In this document: positions 36,657 to 44,246 of the stretch, in pieces
Position numbering within the stretch: the first letter of the stretch is position 1
Layout of the letters: each line of letters starts with the position of its first letter
Made by a program: the position numbers and the translations under genes
Assembly (NCBI GenBank): GCA_038258905.1
Contig: JBBSPJ010000001.1
Span: 1 to 44,246, forward strand
Length of the DNA stretch: 44,246 nucleotides
Direction: 5' to 3'
Source of the DNA: Cytophagales bacterium
Lineage (GTDB): Bacteria; Bacteroidota; Bacteroidia; Cytophagales; Cyclobacteriaceae
The notes under the pieces: generated by a model
The model's database searches: none
Told to the model about the DNA's origin: nothing
Seen by the model: only the letters and a program-made list of their open reading frames with translations

Positions 36657-38653
36657 CAGCTCGTTTTAACTGTTGGTTTAACTATATAAGCATCAACTAT
36701 TTCACTTACCTCACTTCTAATTTTCATGAAGTTATCTCGGACAATTTGTTCCTGATTACCCTTCATATCATAATATTTGGGTAGTTTTTGATAATGAGTT
36801 TCTTCCTGTTCTAAAGCATCTTCATCTAATGTGATTTTACAATGGATGTTGGAGGATTTATATTTTCCATTATATTTAGGTGCTTCCTTTGCAATTAAAC
36901 CAACTATTTCACCGGTATTAAGCGAAGCAATTTTTCCGGCAGGAATTAATGGGTCATTTTTTTCATTCATTGAAACTGAGGTCCTGGATCGGTCAATAGA
37001 AACGCTTTCAGACAATTGCTTTCTTTTGCCAAAAAGTCTTTCTAACCACTCCAAAGTTTCTTTATTTCTAACAGATCCTGAAAGCACATTTCCGATGACA
37101 GCTGTAATGGTGGTGGCTGTGTCTTTTCCTTGCAGCTGCCTGAGTTGAGGTATTTCCTGTAACCCGAGCAGGACAGCAACCTTGTATTTCCTTGCAGTTG
37201 AGATCAGGTTTTCAATTTTATGAATGTAGAGCGTTGGTGCTTCATCAGCTATAATGGCAGTAGGGAGATTGCCTTCAGTGTTGACCAGCCTTGTCAATCT
37301 ATTGACTACAGTAGCATAGCAAGTTGAATTGATGTTTTGCGTAGCTGAACTATTAGCAAGCACAAGTATAGAAGGACTTTCAGGGTTAGAAATTTTCAAG
37401 TCAAAATCATCCGCTGAGAATACCCACGCTGTTTCGGGAGTATTTAACCTAGAGATAAAAATTTTAAGTGTACCAATTTGACCCTCTAACTGATCATAAG
37501 CCTTTTTTTCCAAGGCACTTTGGAAAGGACTTAACAATGATTCAAGTTCCGGCAGATCCCCAAGACAAGTAAATATCTCCTGATAGGTTTTATTCAAAAA
37601 GGCCAATAAATGGGCGAAGGTTGAATATTTTCCATCATGCGTTCTTGAAATAAAGTAGATGCATGAAGAAAGAAAGTTAACTGCAGATTGAGTAAAGAAC
37701 TTGTCAGATCCACCGGAGCTTTCAGATTTTTGTAGCGACTGAACAATTGCTTCCGCTGTCTCCGAAGCATCGGCCACAGTCTTAAAGTATTCCCTTTTCA
37801 TGGGATTGATTCTTCTTGAATGTTCTATATCATCAAGATTGATGACATGAAACTTAAAGTTTTTATTATTTCCCTTTTGTTTGGCCAGCAGGTAATGATA
37901 ATAGGCTATTTGTCCCAGGTTTGGAAAGGCAAAATCATAGAGGCACATTGTGTAGCCTTTCTGAATCATTTGCCTGATATAGGGATTTACTACACCATAT
38001 GATTTTCCAGATCCGGGTGTTCCAATTAGTAAGGTTCCTCTGAATGGATTAACAATATTAATCCATCCCTGCTGTACCTTTCTTCTGTAATAAAATTTCA
38101 TGGGAATGTTGATAGAGTAGTCATTGTACTCAAGTTCCTTGTCCTGAAGAAAGGACTCCCCTTCCATGTTCCATTCATCTTTGCCGAATCCACTTTTGAT
38201 GAATTTAGAAATATTGTCCAGGCTAATATGTATGAGTATAGCCCCGATTATGGAGGCTAAAATATAGGCTAGTTCAGATACACTTGTAAAGGGTAGAAAA
38301 ATTTGGTTAAACTCAGTATTGTATAAATAGATAGAGCCAAAAAAGAGTAATAAGCCAAAAGTTAGTGGAAAAATAATGGTTTTTTTAGGATCTAAATCCA
38401 ATGCTTTTTTTGATTTGGTTCCTATACCTGTAAGGCAAAGTAAAGCAAGAATTGTGAGCTTGCTGTAAAGTAGGTTTTCATAAATTGGAAACTTATACAA
38501 TTTTGCAATTAATGTTCCTACATGTTCATTGATTACTGAATTGGCCATCAACTCGTAAGAGTAGGCAAAAAGAAATATTTCAAGAGCTACAAGCAGGTAG
38601 ACAGCAAATTGAAATGTGCCATGAAGTTTAACAAGTTCTCTTTTCTCCTCCAT
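36656..38653 (-). CDS. Type IV coupling protein (VirD4/TraG-TraD family, Bacteroides MobC-like)
   Basis: N-terminal TMs; NIVNPFRGTLLIGTPGSGKS Walker A; IIADEAPT Walker B; TARKYK...LGLQ. Confidence 0.93.
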   Translation of the reverse strand: MEEKRELVKLHGTFQFAVYLLVALEIFLFAYSYELMANSVINEHVGTLIAKLYKFPIYENLLYSKLTILALLCLTGIGTKSKKALDLDPKKTIIFPLTFGLLLFFGSIYLYNTEFNQIFLPFTSVSELAYILASIIGAILIHISLDNISKFIKSGFGKDEWNMEGESFLQDKELEYNDYSINIPMKFYYRRKVQQGWINIVNPFRGTLLIGTPGSGKSYGVVNPYIRQMIQKGYTMCLYDFAFPNLGQIAYYHYLLAKQKGNNKNFKFHVINLDDIEHSRRINPMKREYFKTVADASETAEAIVQSLQKSESSGGSDKFFTQSAVNFLSSCIYFISRTHDGKYSTFAHLLAFLNKTYQEIFTCLGDLPELESLLSPFQSALEKKAYDQLEGQIGTLKIFISRLNTPETAWVFSADDFDLKISNPESPSILVLANSSATQNINSTCYATVVNRLTRLVNTEGNLPTAIIADEAPTLYIHKIENLISTARKYKVAVLLGLQEIPQLRQLQGKDTATTITAVIGNVLSGSVRNKETLEWLERLFGKRKQLSESVSIDRSRTSVSMNEKNDPLIPAGKIASLNTGEIVGLIAKEAPKYNGKYKSSNIHCKITLDEDALEQEETHYQKLPKYYDMKGNQEQIVRDNFMKIRSEVSEIVDAYIVKPTVKTS

Positions 38654-38658
38654 CTTTA

Positions 38659-39201
38659 TTAATTTATAGGTATCCTTAATCCAGCTGAAAATATGAATCT
38701 GAATCTTTCACTCCTTGGCGCCCAGAGCCAAATGCTATTTTGGTTAGAAAATGTAAGTTCCATTCTATTGGGCAAAGTCTGAGATATCTCAAATCCAAGA
38801 AATAGGGCTGATGTAAATTGCAGGTTGTTGGCCCCTAACCCTGCTCCTACATTCAACCTGGTCATGGTATTGATTTTCTTGAAAAGTATAGGTTTAAAAT
38901 TGACACCAAAAAGGAGTGTTTCATATGGCTTATTGGCACTAGTTGAGTCTATTCTTAGAAACTTACCTTGGGTTCCTTGGCTAAAGACCGAATCCGCTCT
39001 TTGAAGTGTGTTGGGTCTGTGATAGAAATTTCCAAATATCTCCCATCTGTTATAATACTTGGTGCTGAACTCGTAGGATATTTCTGTCATGTAGATATCT
39101 CTAAAGTCATATCCCACTTTAGCACTCAAGTACTTACTTCCTATTTGCGCTTGTGCAGTATAGAAAGTAAACGCTAGTATGATAATTAATAAGGCTTTCA
39201 T
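38659..39201 (-). CDS. traO: TraO-like outer membrane conjugation protein
   Basis: Signal peptide, amphipathic beta strands, position directly after traN. Confidence 0.65.
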   Translation of the reverse strand: MKALLIIILAFTFYTAQAQIGSKYLSAKVGYDFRDIYMTEISYEFSTKYYNRWEIFGNFYHRPNTLQRADSVFSQGTQGKFLRIDSTSANKPYETLLFGVNFKPILFKKINTMTRLNVGAGLGANNLQFTSALFLGFEISQTLPNRMELTFSNQNSIWLWAPRSERFRFIFSAGLRIPIN

Positions 39202-40019
39202 AATGTGTCTGCTGCTAATAGGTCTGAATAATCAAGGTTAATTTTAAGTGTTCTGCCAGAGATTTGATCCTCTGATAATTCCACCGTCAGGACTTTATTA
39301 TTAGGATAGGTGAATTTCTTGAAAACATAAATATTTCTGAATTTCTTCTTAAAATATTCTGGCTCGTATAGCTGAAAAGTAGGCTCCACCTCTATTGATT
39401 GCACATTTGTGGCTTTCACTATTTTCTTGTCTTCTATTTTAAATCGGATCTGATCTATGTCGTATTTAATGTTGGTTTTATTGGTGAAGGTGATATCAAT
39501 AAAGATATAATTATCGACTGTGAAAACATTGTTAATGGCGCCTGTTAGTCCATATTGAGTACTATAAACAGCATGCATTCTCTGTTTTTGTTTATAGGCT
39601 GTTAAAGCAAAACCTTTTAGCTCCGCTTCTGATAAATCACCCGGGGCAGTTTCTATCGGCAAAGTATGTTCTTGTTGAATCACGATCCGGGTGACTGTAT
39701 TTTCAGCCCTTGAGGTATAGAATATTTCATATTGAGCCATAAAAGATTTGGAAACAATAGTTACTATACCAATAGATTGAAATGGGTTTTCAGGTACTCC
39801 CTCTGTTCTTATTCTGACCAGGTTGGGCATAGGGAAATCGCCCTGCATATGCTCGGTGGAAATATCGGTATATTCAACGTCTTCCGGAGAAATAAAATGC
39901 AGAGTAGCATTTTCATTGATATAAATTTTCGGCAGTTCTTTTTGCGTGGTACCGGTTATTGTTTGAGCAAGAGAATTAAAGCTCACTAAAAATGTTGTTA
40001 TAAGAATTAAGTTTTTCAT
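39198..40019 (-). CDS. traN: Conjugative transposon TraN (DUF4138)
   Basis: HFISPE...YTDIS...NKTNIKYDID.IRFKIEDKK..KATN.Q...KFTYP..KVL.VELSE..SGR. Confidence 0.9.
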   Translation of the reverse strand: MKNLILITTFLVSFNSLAQTITGTTQKELPKIYINENATLHFISPEDVEYTDISTEHMQGDFPMPNLVRIRTEGVPENPFQSIGIVTIVSKSFMAQYEIFYTSRAENTVTRIVIQQEHTLPIETAPGDLSEAELKGFALTAYKQKQRMHAVYSTQYGLTGAINNVFTVDNYIFIDITFTNKTNIKYDIDQIRFKIEDKKIVKATNVQSIEVEPTFQLYEPEYFKKKFRNIYVFKKFTYPNNKVLTVELSEDQISGRTLKINLDYSDLLAADTL

Positions 40020-40125
40020 GGTTTTAGTTTTTTGAGGATTCTACAATTAGATTACACTAAATCTTGTCATTTACTTTTGGTTTCAAGTAGCTACAAATGA
40101 TTCTCATTTAATCGCCTAATAGGCG

Positions 40126-41313
40126 TTATTTAATTAATTTTGCATTGTCACTGAGTTGCTTTTTATCTACTAAGTATAGGAAAGTGCCATACTTGACATT
40201 GACCTTATTTTTCTTGATAGTCTTAGATAATGCTTGTGATGTGTTTTGTGTGATACTGGTCAAGAGCTGTCCTAACACATTTCTATTATCGGAACCTTGG
40301 GCTCCCTGCCCTAATGTCTGCGTTCCTTGGCCACCTAGATTTTTAGAAAATTCCCTGAATTCGCTATCAGGAACATAAATACCTTCGATGCCGTCATTGT
40401 CGTACACAGTCAGGTCAATCGGATATATTTGATCACCTAACATAACCGAGGTGATGGTCAGTGTAACTCTCTGAGATTGATAGCCCTCAATTGTGGCAAA
40501 TATGTAGCTGTTCTTTTTGAGTAAAGCTGTTCCAATGTATATATCATCCAGAAGCCTTATTCTGATCCTGTTGCCTAATCTTCCTTTTTTGATATCCTCG
40601 TCAATAATGGCCTTAATAAAGGTTTCCTCGTTGTCCCTCCTGATAGTATTGAAGGTGGGCTGCATATTGCTGGCCTTGGTAACATTGACAGGATCTTGCT
40701 TTTCCAGAGCAATTTGTTGTTGCTGTGCAAGTAATTGCTGCTGCCTTTGGTATTCGGGATCTGAAGCCTTGGTCATAGAATCAATCATGCTCATTTGGGC
40801 TTTGAATAATTCCATTGGGTCTTCATAATTGTTTCGACCACCGGCATTAGAAAGGGCTTGACTATTGGCATTTTCTTGAATGGATTGAACTGCCTTGTCA
40901 AAATCACTATTATCATAGTTTGAGCTTTTAGTTTGCCTCTTTTTTATGGGTTTTTGCATTTGATCAAAAACTCTCTGCAAACTATCCAGGGTCTTCTTAT
41001 CCTCATACAAATTAGTTGTTTCAGGTGGCTTGCTTTCTTCCAGCTGTTGCAGACCTTTTATGGCAGTGTAGCCATCATTAGCATTTTTATAGATGTTCTG
41101 TGTAGCTGCAAATTTATCATCTAAAATGGACTGGTTCACAGCCTCTGATACATTACCTATTTCTGACTGAATTTGCTTGCTATCCACCAGGTTACTTGTC
41201 TTTTCATTCCCATCAGCAATAGATTTATAGCCATAAAACAATAGGAATGTGAAGGGTAAAATCAATAGTGGTAACACATATTTGGGTTGTTTAAAATCTA
41301 TTTTCATGATCAA
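40126..41313 (-). CDS. traM: Conjugative transposon TraM (VirB10-like)
   Basis: KYVLPL TM; FNTI...IKAIIDE...RIRIRLLDD...VYDNDGIEGIYVP.S..RE. Confidence 0.92.
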   Translation of the reverse strand: MIMKIDFKQPKYVLPLLILPFTFLLFYGYKSIADGNEKTSNLVDSKQIQSEIGNVSEAVNQSILDDKFAATQNIYKNANDGYTAIKGLQQLEESKPPETTNLYEDKKTLDSLQRVFDQMQKPIKKRQTKSSNYDNSDFDKAVQSIQENANSQALSNAGGRNNYEDPMELFKAQMSMIDSMTKASDPEYQRQQQLLAQQQQIALEKQDPVNVTKASNMQPTFNTIRRDNEETFIKAIIDEDIKKGRLGNRIRIRLLDDIYIGTALLKKNSYIFATIEGYQSQRVTLTITSVMLGDQIYPIDLTVYDNDGIEGIYVPDSEFREFSKNLGGQGTQTLGQGAQGSDNRNVLGQLLTSITQNTSQALSKTIKKNKVNVKYGTFLYLVDKKQLSDNAKLIK

Positions 41314-41723
41314 TTTTTATTAAGGATTTCTAATTCTTTTATTGCTTGCTCTACCAGCATGCTATCTTGCAGGCTTATGGATTCTTTTTTTATAATTTCC
41401 GCTATGATTTCAGTCCAGTAGTCGATTTCGGCTTGCTTGAGTTGTATTTCCTGTAGCTCATTTATATTATTGTTAATCTCCTGTGGACTTTGCTGCATTT
41501 GCATGGTTGGAATACCAGTTCTTGGCTGCCTTTGATAGATTACTACTGCCGTTATAGATGATGTGATGATCATCATAATCATTAGCACATATATGATTTC
41601 CGGGTGTGTTTCGAGAAATTCCTTCATCTTTCCATTCGTTTTATTATAGATGGGTTCAAATTCATTTTTAATTGCTTGCCACAGAGTAGCATCTCTTTGT
41701 TTGGGTTTTATCTTCCACATCAT
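41310..41723 (-). CDS. TraL-position single-TM conjugation protein
   Basis: Overlaps both traK and traM by 4 bp; one TM; ends with L...DS....A...L. Confidence 0.6.
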   Translation of the reverse strand: MMWKIKPKQRDATLWQAIKNEFEPIYNKTNGKMKEFLETHPEIIYVLMIMMIITSSITAVVIYQRQPRTGIPTMQMQQSPQEINNNINELQEIQLKQAEIDYWTEIIAEIIKKESISLQDSMLVEQAIKELEILNKN

Positions 41724-42328
41724 AGCGTTCGTTTTTCAATGATTTCCAAATCTTTGTTTTCAAGCGTTTTCCAGTTAGTTATGAGTACTCCATGGCTATT
41801 ATTTTCACTTCTAGGAATGTCTCTCACGTAACCTGTAGTAATCAAGCTTCTCTTAGTTACCCTGCTTCGCCTTTCTATGGTCTGTCTGCCGTAGAAAGTG
41901 AATTGTTGCTTGTTCATCACTACAGAATCAGTCTGAATTGATAGCACAGAACTCGATGAAAGTATGGTATTGAAGTAGCCCTTTTCTTTCAGGTTATTAT
42001 ATTGATTTAAGCCTGTCTCATCAATGAGATACATGGCTTTTTTCATTTGATATTCGATGTGTTTATCATCTGGAGTAATTGAAAAAAACAGGCTATGAAA
42101 CAGGTCTACGGCTGCTTTATATTCTACCGGTCTATTGACTGCCATGTCGGTTTGAGTTGCCTGTAATGGTGTATTACCAGCCAATATATAAATGCTTTTG
42201 CGTGCATTATTTATTTGCGAATTGGCTGTATAAAAGGCTATACAGACAATAATGATGGCTGTGATCATGCTCCCTATTGAAACCATGGTGGACAGTCGAA
42301 TTTTGTCTTCTATGTTCTTGATTATCAT
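41720..42328 (-). CDS. traK: Conjugative transposon TraK (VirB8-like)
   Basis: KNIE...FHSLFFSITPD...AMYLID...Y.NLKEKGYFN...Q.IERRS...RSL.T.G...RSENN.HG. Confidence 0.95.
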   Translation of the reverse strand: MIIKNIEDKIRLSTMVSIGSMITAIIIVCIAFYTANSQINNARKSIYILAGNTPLQATQTDMAVNRPVEYKAAVDLFHSLFFSITPDDKHIEYQMKKAMYLIDETGLNQYNNLKEKGYFNTILSSSSVLSIQTDSVVMNKQQFTFYGRQTIERRSRVTKRSLITTGYVRDIPRSENNSHGVLITNWKTLENKDLEIIEKRTL

Positions 42329-42339
42329 ATCTATTTCTT

Positions 42340-43506
42340 TTATTTCATCACTCCTTTTGTCAATACCACTTTACCTGCCCTTGCCATACTGCCACCTGCT
42401 CTTCCACCTTGTGTGGCTGCTGAGCTTACACCGGAGGTTGAGATAATCCAAGTTGAAATGGAGGGTACTGTTAAAATACCTATTGCCCCCACAACAAAGG
42501 TGACCAGGACAATACCAAAGCTTAAATAGCCATTGGTGGTAAGCCAGGCTATTTTTTCAAGTGTATCAACTGTGGGTGAAGTAGTTAATAATTCCGCATA
42601 TCTGTCTACCTCAGCCTGCATGGCGTATTGAACTAATAAAGAAATGATGTAGAGAATCAAATAAGCTATCCCGGAATATAGATTAACGCTTACAAATCTT
42701 GCTATCCATGTGACCAGTGCATCTCTGTAAGCCGGTAGAATACTCATGGCCACCGCAAATGGCCCTAGCACCACCAGCACCGATGAATAGATAATCTGGA
42801 AAATAAAGATGAGGTAGGTGGCTATTCTAAAAATCCATAGCGCGGTTAAATCAAGTATTTGGGTGATGAGCAATGAAAAGCTAGTTTGCATCCTGATGCG
42901 CATTTTTAATAAAGGCTTTAAGATCTGATCTGAAAAAAATCCTTTCGTTCCATCAATGGCCTGATCTATAAGACTTTTATCAGCCTCTTCTGCCTTAGCT
43001 GCAGCTAATTCTGTTTCAGCATTATAATCGACCATTTTATCTGACAGCTGTATGATATAAGACCCTCTGATAAGTCTTAAGCTATTGGTTTCAATGCGTG
43101 TCTCATTATATAAGGCTTTTGTTTTTTTAGCGACTATTTCTGTTGGAAAAGCAATGATTCGACAAAAAACTGTCCACCAGATAGTAATCATCACTAATGC
43201 AAAAGGTCTTAGTAAGGGCATGATTTCAATTTTTTTATCTCCTACCATCATTTCATAAGATTTGATAGAGAAAAATATGAGCATAAAGATGGCCGCTAGG
43301 GCCTGGGCTTCGAAAACAAAAGGTATTTGGTGTTGGTAGGCGTAATCCTTCATTTGTTCAAACCACTCGAACATCCCCTCATCTAACAAATCATCCCCTT
43401 GAGTGAATTGTACAATTTTCTGATGGTTGGGATCAGGGACAGGTGCTTGAGCGAAAACCATTCCGCTCAGTAAGCACAAAACAATAAAAAGGTATAGAGC
43501 TTTCAT
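42340..43506 (-). CDS. traJ: TraJ-like (VirB6-like) polytopic membrane protein
   Basis: PLLRPF...LGPFAVA.SILPAY...WIARFVSV.LY...VPSISTWII; directly upstream of traK. Confidence 0.88.
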   Translation of the reverse strand: MKALYLFIVLCLLSGMVFAQAPVPDPNHQKIVQFTQGDDLLDEGMFEWFEQMKDYAYQHQIPFVFEAQALAAIFMLIFFSIKSYEMMVGDKKIEIMPLLRPFALVMITIWWTVFCRIIAFPTEIVAKKTKALYNETRIETNSLRLIRGSYIIQLSDKMVDYNAETELAAAKAEEADKSLIDQAIDGTKGFFSDQILKPLLKMRIRMQTSFSLLITQILDLTALWIFRIATYLIFIFQIIYSSVLVVLGPFAVAMSILPAYRDALVTWIARFVSVNLYSGIAYLILYIISLLVQYAMQAEVDRYAELLTTSPTVDTLEKIAWLTTNGYLSFGIVLVTFVVGAIGILTVPSISTWIISTSGVSSAATQGGRAGGSMARAGKVVLTKGVMK

Positions 43507-44246
43507 TTTGCTAGGGTTTTAGTGTTTTTCATGATTTCATCAATAATTTCTTTGTAGCCTCTTGTAGGCTTGAAAACCTCTTTGTCAGCCTTCATTTCAT
43601 TTGTTCTCTTGCTGATGTCGAGAATCGTTTTAGCCACCCTTTTTTTATATCCCCAATTATTGTAGAGCTTTTCCATATCAAGCATTATCCTATGGTACAT
43701 GAGCATCCTCTGTCCTCTTTCCATGTCTGCAGTTTTAGCTACCTCGTAGGATTCCTGAAGGGCTTGATATTTAAGATTGAACCAATCTACAGAACCAGTT
43801 TTAGCCATGTAGGCAAACTCTTCAAGGCTTAAATCTGTAAAGGCTCCTCCCTTGTCATCTTCTGTCAAAGCTTCAAGTTCCTCTTTATAATAAAGTATGT
43901 ATAAAGGATCTCCTCCGGACAGATCACCGGAAATACGCACGATTTCTTTAAGGGCTGTCTTTTTTATTTCCGCTTGCTCCTTCTCATACTGCTTGGTCGC
44001 AGTATGCATTAGAATTGCCGCTCCGTACCTCAATGTTTGTGGTCCTGCTGGAGACAGAGGTCTGCGATCGGTTTTATGGTAATCCTGGTGGAAGCCCCAC
44101 GTTGACCACCAGAGTGGATTGGTCGGAACGCCAAAAACTCTCCATGGATCTGGTGTAAAGTTGTTCCAAGCTGTCATTACCATTCTTCTTTGTTGATTGA
44201 TCACATGCCCATCGTTGATAGGCACTTGTGCCTGTAGATTAAATGA
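43503..44246 (-). CDS. Exported conjugation-region protein (TraI position), 5' truncated by window
   Basis: Frame is open to the window edge (SFNLQAQ-VPIND, end of a signal peptide); overlaps traJ by 4 bp. Confidence 0.65.
   Translation of the reverse strand, partial: SFNLQAQVPINDGHVINQQRRMVMTAWNNFTPDPWRVFGVPTNPLWWSTWGFHQDYHKTDRRPLSPAGPQTLRYGAAILMHTATKQYEKEQAEIKKTALKEIVRISGDLSGGDPLYILYYKEELEALTEDDKGGAFTDLSLEEFAYMAKTGSVDWFNLKYQALQESYEVAKTADMERGQRMLMYHRIMLDMEKLYNNWGYKKRVAKTILDISKRTNEMKADKEVFKPTRGYKEIIDEIMKNTKTLAK

Larger units (their letters stand above)
31055..44246 (-). mobile_element. ICE/conjugative transposon backbone (Bacteroidota type); boundaries not visible
   Basis: Co-oriented traJ-K-(L)-M-N-O, coupling protein, M23 peptidase, DUF4099/3945, PH-domain gene, ssb and radC; no integrase or relaxase in the window. 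Confidence 0.88.

Noticed and set aside
3855-44082. Numerous short antisense or nested ORFs in the track (e.g. 3855-4037, 5737-6132, 14975-15349, 26511-26939, 33181-33399, 36831-37148)
   Set aside because: Shadows of longer, motif-supported genes or of structured non-coding DNA
1-44246. CRISPR array, tRNA/rRNA, reverse transcriptase, T6SS core genes
   Set aside because: No regularly spaced repeats, cloverleaf or diagnostic motifs seen

Overview
AT-rich Bacteroidota DNA (inferred from TTTG-N19/20-TAnnTTTG promoters, many SPII lipoproteins and a CTn-type tra module). The whole window looks accessory. From the left: (1) the right end of an IS66 element; (2) an orphan Xre/MbcA-like antitoxin downstream of a large protein with a DUF3883/NOV-type PD-(D/E)XK nuclease domain; (3) an ECF sigma/anti-sigma pair facing two genes that each carry the same bipartite motif AGTGGTGAC-N15-CGATACACCT; (4) a frameshifted Zn-ribbon gene, a PLD-nuclease/coiled-coil/multi-TM protein and a vWA-like lipoprotein; (5) a candidate sRNA; (6) an 18.3-kb minus-strand operon encoding a coiled-coil beta-barrel OMP, four lipoproteins, an LRR protein, a Skp/OmpH chaperone, a TcB-like YD protein, an Rhs toxin with an unrecognised beta-rich C-terminus and two paralogous membrane immunity candidates; (7) an ICE/conjugative transposon backbone (radC, ssb, large stem-loops, coupling protein, TraJ/K/M/N/O) that runs off the right edge. 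The best candidate for an undescribed system is the operon in (6): a Sec-exported, TcA-less B/C toxin pair with its own envelope accessory proteins. The PLD-TM plus vWA pair and the ECF mini-regulon are secondary candidates. All family assignments come from motif recognition by eye, not database searches.
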